NCBI GenBank assembly: GCA_964035545.1
Contig: OZ037768.1
Coordinates: 496,001 to 560,000, forward strand
Length of the DNA: 64,000 bases
Source: Bugula neritina
Taxonomy: Eukaryota > Animalia > Bryozoa
Direction: 5' to 3'
Made by a program: the position numbers and the translations under genes. This document shows positions 1-12,600 of this stretch, one piece after another. The notes below the pieces were generated by a model. The model made no database searches. It was not told the DNA's origin and saw only the letters and a program-made list of their open reading frames with translations. Every line of letters begins with the position of its first letter. The first letter of the stretch is position 1.

Positions 1-146
1 TGGTGCTTTACTAGTTTTGGGCAAAAAGCCATGTGTTCATTACCAGCTAAACTTCGAAAAATAGCTAAAAACTGAAGATATCCAGTGTGTACTAAATTAA
101 GTAAAATGACCCACATACTGTATTGACACTTTGTTATGGAATTTAG

Positions 147-3100
147 ACTCTCAAGCAGAAGGTCTAGTGAGGTGTCCCAGAATTCAGCACGACTCAGTAT
201 AATCAACTCTCCATATGAATATGATATGCTGGGTAATCTTCCAGATTGTAACACTACTGAGGTACGCCACTGCACACTCTACCTTTATCTTCTATACCTT
301 GTGCTCTATCTTCTACTCCTTGTAATTCAACTTCTAGTTTATAATCTGTCTTCTTTCACAATAAGTAGTGTTTTATAATTTATGACATTATATAATTAAT
401 ATTATATATTTTATATTATATACTTAATGAGACTTAAAGGTATGCATTATGTTGACATGCTTTCTGTCACCTACTAGCAGGTGCTCTGTTGTACCTGACA
501 TGTTTTCTGTCACGTGCTAGCAGGTGCTATGTTATACCTGATATGGTCTTCATTTACCTGTTCTAATAACATATACAACTGTTTCTTCTAATTATTATTT
601 AGTAGAGCAAGTAAGTGACCTTGTGTTGGCTATGTATGTTCCCTTGCTGTGTAATGTATACATGTATACATGTGCACATTACTCCTAATAAACCCTCGGC
701 TCTGGTTACACTCGCTAACCCCATTCTCTGTCTCATCTGGCTCTCAAACAATATAATACAATCATGTCATGCATGTGGAGTTATCTTCCTAATTTGTAGT
801 GTAACGCTAAAACCATCTGGTGTCCGGAGTCAGAAGTACATGGCATTATATTATAACTTTCCTCAAGCTCTTAACTCATGTTATTTAGACTCTGGTCATA
901 CAATTATAATATAATCATTACAGTCTAATGCTATAATAGAAGTCATAAGAGATGGTTATCATCATTTCGCTGATTGCATGGCAGTGTAGAACAGTGTGTT
1001 ATTGCTTTTTCGGGCGTGTTGTTATTTTTTATATGCGGTTTTAGTTGCAATATTATGTTCAAGATATGGTATGTCTCTTATTAACAAATAACCGCACAAC
1101 GTGCCTTGATAGCGCAGTAGGCAGCGCGTCAGTCTCATAATCTGAAGGTCGTGAGTTCGATCCTCACTCAGGGCATATATTTTTTTGTCAATGGAAAAAA
1201 AACACAATTTAATTTAAATCACAATTATGTTCATCTCCACAGTTTTTAACTTTAGGAAACTGCAAAATTAGTCAAAACACAGTCGTTGTCTTTCAAACTC
1301 TGGACAAATCGTTGAAGGCAGTTGTTTTTCAGTTAAGCTCAATGACTGACAAGATGGAGAAGGCGCAGCTGGGCAGCCACCCAAACCTCTTCGTTCAGTC
1401 TCAACCAATCAGCCTGCTCAGTCCTGCCACCAGACGAGATAGACTGAGGCGCGGCATCGACAGCTACAGACTTCGTGAGAATGACGGGTGGCGTACAGCT
1501 ACCCCTGCTCGAACTCCTCTCCCCCACGAATATCCTCAGCGCGAGAAACGAAGAGCCTCTGATCCAGTTCGTTGTGCTGACCCCAACTTTGGTGAACTGA
1601 GAAAACTTCAACACAGGTAAGTTTTTGCTTTAAAAATGACTTGGGACTCAGTCTATGTTTTTATTACTTATTCACAGTATATTAGTATTACTTATTCACA
1701 GTATATTAGTATTACTTATTCACAGTATATTAGTATTACTTATTCACAGTATATTAGTATTACTTATTCACAGTATATTAGTATTACTTATTCACAGTAT
1801 ACTAGTATACTAGTTTCTTCTGGTAGGTTCCACAGTCTGAACGCCATGAAACCCTTGCCACTTCCCCTGAACATGAAGTCCCTCAGAGACAAACAGCACA
1901 CTGCGAACACACCGTGCAACTCTCGGAACTCTCTGATATCTGGAGGTAGGAACAAGGTTTCATATACTCAGTCTTGCAGTTACTTGTAATAGTATTCAGT
2001 ACTTCCTTTGTGTCTATTTGAATATACAGATGTGGAAGCCGACCTGAATATGAAGATGATAGAAGACAATGATGATGTCATCATACCTGATGATATGAAG
2101 AGGTTTATTCAGCAGCAAAATCAGCACGCTTATCATCTCGACCCTCATGTCCTCTCTGGTCCACCTGGCCACTCTGGTCCACCAGGCCACTCCGGTCCAC
2201 CTGGCCACTCTGATCTACCCGATCCGCTGGGCCACTCTGGTCCACTGGGCCACTCCGGTCCACTGGGCCACTCCGGTCCACTGGGCCACTCCGGTCCACC
2301 GGGCCACTCTGGTCCACCAGGACAAATCGTGGATGACTGGGTACAACATACTAACTCTGTTATTCACCACAACAACTCACAGCACACGACTAGTAGCACA
2401 TTGTGAGTACAATGTATTATATGTTGTATTATACTAATATTAGTATAATATTATACTAATATAATACTAATATTATACTAATATTATACTAATATTATAC
2501 GTTATATTATACTAATATTATACTTATATTATACTTATATTATACTAATATTATACTAATATTATACTAATATTATACTAATATTATACTAATATTATAC
2601 TAATATTATACTTATATTATACTAATATTATACTAATATTATACTAATATTACACTTATATTACACTAATATTACACTAATATTATACTAATATTATACT
2701 AATATTATACTAATATTACACTTATATTATACTAATATTATACTAATATTATACGTTATATTATACTAATATTATACTAATATTATACTAATATTACACT
2801 TATATTATACTTATATTATACTAATATTATACTAATATTATACGTTATATTATACTAATATTATACTAATATTATACTAATATTATACTAATATTATACT
2901 AATATTATACTTATATTATACTAATATTATACTAATATTATACTTATATTATACTAATATTATACTAATATTATACTAATATTATACTAATATTATACTA
3001 ATATTATACTTATATTATACTAATATTATACTAATATTATACTAATATTATACTAATATTATACTTATATTATACTTATATTATACTTATATTATACTAA

Positions 3101-6100
3101 TATTATACTTATATTATACTAATATTATACTAATATTATACCGTAAAATGGGGTAACTTTAGCCACTTGAGGTAACTTTGGCCACTTTGGGAAAAATGTT
3201 TAAAATGTAGCTGGTGCTATATCTATGAAGTCTAAAGATATTTTAATTGTATATATGCACTGACTGTAGATTGGTGCATCCTATTCCTGAAAAATAATTG
3301 ATATACTTATTTGCTGCTTCTTGCTGTCAGCCATTTTCAATTTCCTGTTTGACAACAAGATTTTCAGCGCTGTCCAACTTTAATCTATTTGAAGGCATTA
3401 GAAAAGCTGGACTCATTTTCTTTTTTGTATTAAAGAACTTTGGTAAGTATTTAACCAGGATATTTGTAATTTAGGTAAATAAATTGAAATCTAAAATTAA
3501 AATAATATGTGTCTTGAATTCACTGTGTACAATTTTTGATGAATTTGGGGTAACTTTGGCCATGACTAAATGGTACTCCAAAGTAGGTTTCTGGCAGCGC
3601 TGCGAATTTTCTGTTACTTCAGACACATAGTACATTACTCTCTAAAGGCACAATCATTTGATTCACCTATACCCAATGCTTTAGTTATATATTTGAAACA
3701 ACTTAGAGTCCGAAATATGAAATAATTACATGGGGAATTATGCATTTTTGTTCTCAGACAGCAATTTTGTGTTTAATGTTTTTTTTTTATATAAGAATTT
3801 GACCATGCATTGTAAAATGTATTTTTCAAGACAATTATACTCAGAAAATATTAAAAAAAAGTAACATCTCCAAGATATGGTGTATCTGAGGAGATCATTG
3901 GTTTTGCTTTATTCACTAGAATTGGCAGCTGGAAAGTCTTGACAAGAAGTGGCTAGAAATATGATATTACCAAAGGAACACTACAAAACAGAGCCGCGTG
4001 AAGACACAAGCTGAAGCCTGGACGCCAAACTGTGTTATCACAAGTAGAGAAAGTAGCCATTGTTGACCATACCTACTACAAAGCTGGCTCAATAGGGCTT
4101 TCCATTAGATAAAACAGACTTTCGAAAAATAGTCAAGACCTATTTTGACAAATGTGAGAGAAGAGTGCAACATTTCAAAAGCAACTACCCTCAAGATCAC
4201 TGGAGTCTCAGTTTTATGTCAAGACATAAAGATAGCTTGTCTCACAGGTTGTGCCAAAACATAGCACCGGAATGGGCAACAGTTAATTCTGAAGACATTA
4301 CGCATTATTTAAAAAATCTACAGAGAACTGCCACAGCCTATAGTTTGAAAGGGCATACCTGAATTTAAGATTAAATTCAATGGAATTTGAACTTGTACAG
4401 TGATTTATTCAATGTTGCCAGCAAAATACATGATTTTTTATACATATACAAAAGTTTTTACACTTAATAACAATGTACCTCGAATAGCTGTGGTTTCAAT
4501 GCAATAATTACACTATTATAGCTTGCATTTTGTCTAAAATAATTTTTTTTTATAGTAATGAAGTTGAATAATGTTGTTCTTTAATTTCTAACTGGCTAAA
4601 AAAGCTCCAAGTGCTGCTAACTTTAGCTACATGTAGAATAACGACACCGGCCAAAGTTACCCCGAAAATAGGGTAACTTTGGCCACCTACTTTTTTTAAT
4701 ACCACGGGAGATCTAGCAGTCCCAAACTGCAAATGGTTCTTTCATTTAGTGCATATGTTGATAAGCTTCATTTAGCATCCAAAAATTTTAAAGAATATTG
4801 TAATCCTTTCATATGACACCCAAAATATGTCTCAAAACGGCCAATGTTACCCCATTTTACGGTACTAATATTATACTTATATTATACTTATATTATACTA
4901 ATATTATACTTATATTATACTAATGTTATACTAATATTATACTTATATTATACTTGTATTACACTTATATTATACTTATATTAGTATAATATTATACTAA
5001 TATTATACTAATATTATACTTATATTACACTTATATTATACTAATACTGATTCCTTGTATTTCTCCATTTAGACACCAACCAGTAGAGCACAACTCCTAC
5101 CCAGTGCAGTCTTTCCCTCCCTACTCTGCCTCTCATCACAATATTATGTACACTAACCAGCATTCAACACCTCATCTCTGCTCCTGTCAGTGTCACCACC
5201 TAGGTCAAGGACAACCTGTCTGTCAAGGTCAACTCTGTAACCATGGTTACGGACATGCCAATACCCCGGTAAGTGCCTTGTGACTCACCTTCAGGTTACG
5301 GCAGCTACACAACTTCATTCTTCAAGTGTTAGTAGCAATGCACACCCTAAATACCTGATTCAGTTCTGTTTAAAGACGTAGTAAACCTAGCTGTGAATTT
5401 AATATAGTTGACCTCTGCTATAGTATTGTGTGTAATTGAACCATTGAACTGTTTAGCACATGTGAAGCCGTATGGCATTCACCGGCTTTCCATGTACCGA
5501 TCTCAGATCGATCTTAGCGAGATCGATCCATGGAAAGACGCCAAAGATCGATCTCCGTCGATCTGAGCTGGTCGGTCTGTAGAGCTCGAACTCAGATCGA
5601 TCTCATGTCAATAAGACCATGGAAAGACGCCAGATCGATCTGAGAAGTAGAAAAAGACTGCGCGCTACAATGTTGTCTGCTAATAATAATGATAAAGTAT
5701 TGATAATTACTAAGCAAAGTATTAAATAATTATGATAACCACTTTTTCAGATGCCAAAACTTTGACTCAATTATATGCAGTAGAAGGTAAAAAATTGGGA
5801 AAATTTAAATTGGATTTAAATGACTATCAAAACTTAGTTTCATTAGCTATTTTCTTTGTAATTTTAAGCCTAACAGTCCTGTAAGTTTATTAATAATCTG
5901 CAAGACAGCCATTAATTTTATATAAGCTGTCAAGCTAAAAAATTAAAACTAATTATTTTAAATTGGCCAAATTACCATACACTGAAAGCTTTGCTGCGTA
6001 TAGTTTATAGCTGGGATTAAATTTTAAACTACTACCATCTTGTTTTTAACAGTAGTAGCTTTAATCACTCAAATAAGTAAACAAATTGTACTTTTAAAGT

Positions 6101-8524
6101 ATCCTTCACTTAAGAGGAGGCAACTTCGCGAGATCGATCTGACACTCTCATGGAAAAACGATCGATCTGAGCACATTTTTCAGATCGATCTCAGCGAGAT
6201 CGATCTGAGATCGGTACATGGAAAGCCCGTGAATGAAAGCCAGGCAAATTAAACTTTTACTTGTTTGTATTAGCTTAGGCCAGTCTTCAATATGGTGGTA
6301 CTTTAGGAAATTTAGGTTAACACTGCTAAATTAGAGACGGAATGCCTCGCTAAATTCCTAGACTAGTTGTAATAATATTATTTCTTAAATAATTATTATA
6401 TTTTAGTGCTAAATAATTCGTGAAAATCACAAGCGTGCCTCTCTAGTCATTTTAATAATTATTATAAGCATAATTTCGAAAAGCGCGGGCACTCAAGCGT
6501 TTAATGCTTTCAATAAGTTGGTATTTAAATCCGCTTTTGCCAGGTTGCCCCTGTGGCCTAATGGATAAGGCATCTGCCTCCTAAGCAGGGGATTGCGGGT
6601 TCGAGTCCCGCCAGGGGTTAATTTTTTTCATTGGCATCTTTAAGAAATAACATGTTATTTATTACTTTACTATCCGTTAAACGTCAAAATCAATGAACTA
6701 AAACTTATCGTTCAATGGTTAGAATGTTATAAATCTTTGGAATTTAGTTTAGCTGATACAATGTTAGTGTGATATGATAACTACAATGTTCCAGGTTGCC
6801 CCTCTCCATCATCCACCAGGTTACATGGGTGTGCAGAACCAGTACAATCACTGCTACAATCAATATAATGGCAGCATTTACCAACAGCAGAGTGTCATGC
6901 CGCCACCACCAGTACCCCCATGTCATCCAACTCTCCACTCATCTCCCCTCCAGGTGTGTATGTCACAACTTACTATGCATATTCAGTTGTACTTACTACA
7001 CATATTCTACTTACTATGAGTACTGTCTGTTTCCACCATCTTACATTGTTTAGCACCAGCTAGACATGGTGAAAGATCAACATGTCACGGTGATATACTC
7101 TACTACCAAAGACATGTTGACTTACCCAGCTTTCTAGAGTACTACAGTTGGAGTTTGATCAACATTGTACAATCTACCTGATCAACATTGTACAATCTAC
7201 CTGATCAACGTTGTACAATCTACCTGATCAATATTGTACAATCTACTTGATCAACATTGTACATATTTTTTGAGTTTAGGTGCAGACTGAGAGGGTGAGA
7301 TCTTACAATGCAGCTCAGCTGCGGCAGCGGCAGCAGTATCAGTTCATAGATGGAGCTCAGCAAATATCACCCCCTTGTGAGGTGAGCCACTCTTGGTGAT
7401 AGTCTTACATATAGAAATAGTATATGATATTATATACTACTAAATACAGCTAAAGTATCTGCTGTTTCAGGTGACAAGTTCAACAGACGGTGCCAACCAG
7501 AGAGTCAGCAGTCTGACCAACCAAAGAGTCGAGCAGATGCTGGAGACGGTCAGCAATGTGTCTGCTGCCGACGTCACCAGTCACGTCAGTCAGAACTTCA
7601 GCTCTGTCAGTCAGAGCCATTCACTCTACGGTATACTATACTATATACTATATACACTCTACGGTATACTATACTATATACTATATACACTCTACGGTAT
7701 ACTATACTATATACTATATACACTCTACGGTATACTATACTATATACACTCTACGGTATACTATACTATACTACATACTATACTATATACTATATACACT
7801 ATACTATATACTACACTATACACTATAATGTATACTATACTATATAGTATATACTATATACACTCTACGGTATACTATACTACATACTATATACACTATA
7901 CTATATACTACACTATACTATATACTATATACTCTCTACGGTATACTATACTGCATACTATATACACTACATGTTATACTACACTGTACACTACAATGTA
8001 TACTATATGTTGTACTACACTATACACTATAATGTATACTATATGTTGTACTACACTGTACACTATAATGTATACTACATGTTGTACTACACTGTACACT
8101 ACAATGTATACTATATGTTGTACTACACTATACACTATAATGTATACTACATGTTGTACTACACTATACACTACAATGTATACTATACTACACTGTACAC
8201 TACAATGTATACTATATGTTGTACTACACTATACACTACAATGTATACTATACTACACTGTACACTATAATGTATACTATATGTTGTACTACACTGTGCA
8301 CTATATGTTGTACTACACTGTACAATATAATGTATACTATAAATAGCGTTTATTCAATCATACTAACTAAGCTAGTGGAAAGTTGTTCATCTGCAGATGT
8401 TAGGATGTTCTAACGATCTCTGTGTTTGTTTATTCTAGGAGAGAACAATATGGTGATAAATAATATGAGTAACTTTATGTCCCACTACGCAGAAGAGAAT
8501 AAATATCTCAACACTCAACGCTGA
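147..8524 (+). CDS. Gli: Gli/Cubitus interruptus transcription factor, C-terminal exons (5' end and zinc fingers lie upstream of the window). Exons approx. 147-261, 1333-1616, 1827-1945, 2030-2402, ~5087-5268, 6795-6953, 7280-7381, 7471-7630, 8439-8524
   Basis: Spliced translation has Gli hallmark motifs: SSRRSSE, the PKA site RRASDPVR, RFHS, IIPDDMKRFI, ISPPCE-VTSSTD and the C-terminal NMVINNMSNFMSHYAEENKYLN. GT-AG boundaries keep phase except for the uncertain acceptor near 5087. Confidence 0.88.
1103..1175 (+). tRNA. tRNA-Met-CAT: tRNA-Met (CAT), elongator type, in a Gli intron
   Basis: GCCTTGATAGCGCAGTAGGCAGCGCG...CTCATAA...GTTCGATCC...TCAGGGCA: 73 nt, A and B boxes, paired acceptor stem, oligo-T Pol III terminator at ~1180-1186. 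Confidence 0.97.
1662..1808. repeat. Intronic tandem repeat, 24-bp unit ATTACTTATTCACAGTATATTAGT, about 6 copies
   Basis: Direct inspection; ends ~18 nt before the Gli acceptor at 1826. Confidence 0.9.
2430..5047. repeat. Intronic 11-bp tandem repeat TATTATACTAA, split by the transposon at 3141-4862
   Basis: Same unit on both sides of the insertion (2430-3140 and 4863-5047). Confidence 0.92.
3141..4862 (+). mobile_element. Non-autonomous pogo/Tigger-like (Tc1/mariner superfamily) DNA transposon with decayed N-terminal transposase remnant
   Basis: TIRs CCGTAAAATGGGGTAAC...GTTACCCCATTTTACGG flanked by TA on both sides; subterminal copies of GGGTAACTTTGGCCA. Frameshifted remnant ~3950-4330 (KYDITKGTLQNR...PGRQTVLSQVE...GFPLDKTDFRKIVKTYFD...FKSNYPQDHWSLSFMSRH) resembles HTH-psq/CENP-B domains; no DDE domain seen. 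Confidence 0.88.
5479..6232. mobile_element. MITE / non-autonomous TIR element, about 750 bp
   Basis: Near-perfect ~40-bp inverted termini TCAC(C/G)GGCTTTCCATGTACCGATCTCAGATCGATCT; repeated AGATCGATCT palindromes near both ends; AT flanks; no ORF. Confidence 0.85.
6547..6619 (+). tRNA. tRNA-Arg-CCT: tRNA-Arg (CCT), in a Gli intron
   Basis: GCCCCTGTGGCCTAATGGATAAGGC...CTCCTAA...GGTTCGAGTCCC...CAGGGGT: cloverleaf with CCT anticodon, T-run terminator at ~6622-6628. Confidence 0.96.
7622..8340. repeat. Compound intronic repeat starting with 33-bp copies of the Gli donor junction CTCTACG|GTATAC
   Basis: Junction copies at 7630 (real), 7663, 7696, 7729 and later; grades into a TACACTA/TGTTGTAC-type repeat. 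Confidence 0.85.
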
Positions 8525-9656
8525 GTCAGTCACTAGTGAGTCACTAGACTAACTCATGCATTCAGTTACTATTCAACGCTGAATCACTGACCACAGAATG
8601 ACTCTCGATTCACCCACATGTGTTTTATTCTCAGCAATCACACTTGCTGTTATATAAAGATTTCGAATAGCTTACAAGTGCTGATAACTTTGCACCATTA
8701 CTCCACTCAGAATCATTACCTATGCAGTTCTATTTCTACTCAGTACCATTACCTATGCAGTTCATGATTCTTCTACTTAGTACTATTGCAATATTATTTT
8801 GTTTATATTCAATTATCAACTTCAGTTTTTCGAATTGATATTTTGAGACAATCATTTTGGTCCAGATCAGGTACTGAAAAGTTTGTAAAGCTCACATCTG
8901 AATCCATAAATCATTTGGCACAATAATGGAACCTTCTTGCCAAGTACTTTCCTAGTATTTAATGGATTTACAGACAAATTTTATCTCTCTAGGTAATTTT
9001 CTATTAAATAATTCTTATATTACTGTTATCCGTTCACACAAGCAATAAAAGTTGTATATTTTTCTATTTCAAATAAAACCAGTCTTTGCATGGTGTGAAA
9101 GAGAAGATAACTCTTTTAGGAATCTTCAGCAACTCTAATAATTTAAGACTGATTCCATAATTCTACATTTATTCTACATTTATTCTAGTACATTACTTTG
9201 ATTATCAGATAATTTTTAGTGGCAGGGGACGGATTTGACAAGTTAAAGAGTACTTGTTTACTAGTGTCACACATGGCAGGTTGTCGCACGTGGCACCACA
9301 TGGCAGGTTGTCACACATAGGGCACCATGTGGCAGGTTGTCACATGTGGCACCACGTGGCAGGTTGTCGCACGTGACACCACATGGTAGGTTGTCACACG
9401 TGGCAACTCTTGGAGTTTGATGCCGAAACACTTGAAACACTATATTCTATTTGTATGTAAAACCACAAATCTTAAGAATAAAATAGACAAGCTAGAGAGG
9501 GTAACTCCAATAAACGTCAGTTGTCTAAATGCTGGGCTAGACCTTTTTCTCACAAAGCTCTGCTAATTGGTGTTTAGTAATCAGTTCCATTTAGATAAAT
9601 CAGTTTCATTTCTATATTGGTAAGAGATGGTTATCAGTGTTTCAATGTTTAGCTGG

Positions 9657-12600
9657 TTAGTCTGAGTTCTCATCTTCACAGTTGTGATCTTCAACCCTGA
9701 TGTTGGGAACATAGGCTTCATTGTCAACACCATTGCTGACTGTCTCAATGGTGTTGCGACGTGTTTCTCGTTTCTTCTTCTTGTCTGGTGCTGAGACACT
9801 GATGACAGGAGGGAGGGAATAGTTAGACTCTGATTCTTCACCCAAAGAGAACCTCTTGATGTAGTTGGCAGGCAGAGCTCGTTGTGGTTTCACAAACACT
9901 GGCTCTGAAATACAGGCTATACAGTGGACACATTGTGATACAGTAATTCAGTAAACATAAGCAATAGACTGAAAACTGTCATAGCAAACAATTACATTAG
10001 TTTTCAAAACTTACCAACTCACTAACAGACATCTGTGTGACTCACTAACAGACATCTGTGTGACTCACTAACAGACATCTGTGTGACTCACTAACGGACA
10101 TCTGTGTGACTCACCAACTCACTAGCAGACATCTGTGTGACTCACTAACGGACATCTGTGTGACTCACCAACAGACATCTGTGTGACTCACTAGCAGACA
10201 TCTGTGTGACTCACTAGCAGACATCTGTGTGACTCACTAACGGACATCTGTGTGACTCACCAACAGACATCTGTGTGACTCACTAGCAGACATCTGTGTG
10301 ACTCACTAACAGGCATCTGTGTGACTCACTAACAGACATCTGTGTGACTCACCAACTCACCAACAGACATCTGTGTGACTCACTAGCAGACATCTGTGTG
10401 ACTCACTAGCAGACATCTGTGTGACTCACTAACAGACATCTGTGTGACTCACTAGCAGACATCTGTGTGACTCACTAGCAGACATCTGTGTGACTCACTA
10501 GCAGACATCTGTGTGACTCACTAGCAGACATCTGTGTGACTCACTAACGGACATCTGTGTGACTCACTAGCAGACATCTGTGTGACTCACTAGCAGACAT
10601 CTGTGTGACTCACTAGCAGACATCTGTGTGACTCACTAGCAGACATCTGTGTGACTCACTAGCAGACATCTGTGTGACTCACTAACAGGCATCTGTGTGA
10701 CTCACCAACTCACCAACAGACATCTGTGTGACTCACTAGCAGACATCTGTGTGACTCACTAGCAGACATCTGTGTGACTCACTAGCAGACATCTGTGTAA
10801 CTCACTAACAGGCATCTGTGTGACTCACCAACTCACCAACAGACATCTGTGTGACTCACTAGCAGACATCTGTGTGACTCACTAGCAGACATCTGTGTGA
10901 CTCCCTAACAGACATCTGTGTGACTCACCAACTCACTAGCAGACATCTGTGTGACTTACTAGCAGACATCTGTGTGACTCACCTATTTCTTCTGGCTGAG
11001 AGATGTATCTCTTCACATCAGACAAGACTTGCTTCTGTTCCACAGACAGCTCTGCCATACTCAGTTGGAGGGGGGTCACTTTGCCAACTGAACGCTTCCT
11101 AATTCTCTCAGTCCCCTGGGCCAGCGACGTCTTGGCGTACTGAAAGCTGCTCTTTCTTGCTGGAGTGCCGGGCCTCTTTTTCTTCTTCCCGCTTTCAGAT
11201 ATAGCCTTAGTGCTTGTCTTCAAGTCGCTAGCGTCACCGATGTCATCATCTATAGCTAACTCTGAGACTACGGGCATGTTCTGTAACAAATAAGAGATAT
11301 CAAATGAGCAGTTCCATCTCAGTCATCTTGTGGGCAATGAGAGTGAAAGAGAAGACAACTTACATTGGGACTACTCCTGCTGATGTAAATGTCTCCTATA
11401 CTTCTGATACTCTCCGTGTTGTGTAGCGCGCTGAGCTCAGACGCAGTTGTAGACCGAGAGTTAGATGCGTCAGGTAAATCAAGCATGGGGTGGGAGTTGC
11501 CTTCTCCGTACCCCGATATGTCACTTCCTCTACGAGGAGCATTGGATATGGAGTCACTCGGGTCGACATCATCATACAGATGGGGTGCTGTCGGCTCACC
11601 AAACGGATCCAGCTTCCTTATGACTAGAGTTTCACTACTACAGCAATTACATCATGCTCTAAGAATAGGGCAGACAACTGTGTAGGTGAGGTAAGAGAGA
11701 GAGAGAAGACAACTGTGTAGGTGAGGTAGTAGAGAGAAGACAACTGTGTAGGTGAGGTAGTAGAGAGAAGACAACTGTGTAGGTGAGGTAGTAGAGAGAA
11801 GACAACTGTGTAGGTGAGGTAGTAGAGAGAAGACAACTGTGTAGGTGAGGTAGTAGAGAGAAGACAACTGTGTAGGTGAGGTAGTAGAGAGAAGACAACT
11901 GTGTAGGTGAAGTAGTAGAGAGAAGACAACTGTGTAGGTGAGGTAGTAGAGAGAAGACAACTGTGTAGGTGAAGTAGTAGAGAGAAGACAACTGTGTAGG
12001 TGAGGTAGTAGAGAGAAGACAACTGTGTAGATGGGGTAGTAGAGAGGAGACAACTGCGTAGGTGAGGTAGTAGAGAGAAGACAACTGTGTAGGTGAGGTA
12101 GTAGAGAGAAGACAACTGTGTAGGTGAGGTAGGAGAGAGAAGACAACTGTGTAGGTGAGGTAGGAGAGAGAAGACAACTGTGTAGATGGGGTAGTAGAGA
12201 GAAGACAACTAACCTTACAGCAGGGGTGAGCAACTTCTGTTGATCGTCGTCATTAGATTCTTTTCGAAGCAACCAATAAGTGACCTGTTTGCCCTTCCCT
12301 TTGATCTCTATTTTGCCTCTCTTTTGTGTGACAAATGTTTCACTAGACCTCATTAGTTCACTGTTTATTGCAGAACTGCACTGAATTTTTAAGGCTGCAA
12401 AAAATTATGTTATTATATTAGTAATATATGACATACGCTAATATATGACATACGCTGAGTAATATATGACATACGCTAATATATGACATACCCTGAGTAA
12501 TATATGACATACCCTGAGTAATATATTACATACGCTGAGTAATATATTACAGAATATACAATACCTTCTCCAGTTGATTCCATTCGACTTGCCATGTTGA

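Noticed and set aside
11652-11678. CACAG|TTGTCT at the end of the 31-bp array as the true cyclase acceptor
   Set aside because: All three frames stop within ~55 nt; the acceptor at 11638 gives an open frame.
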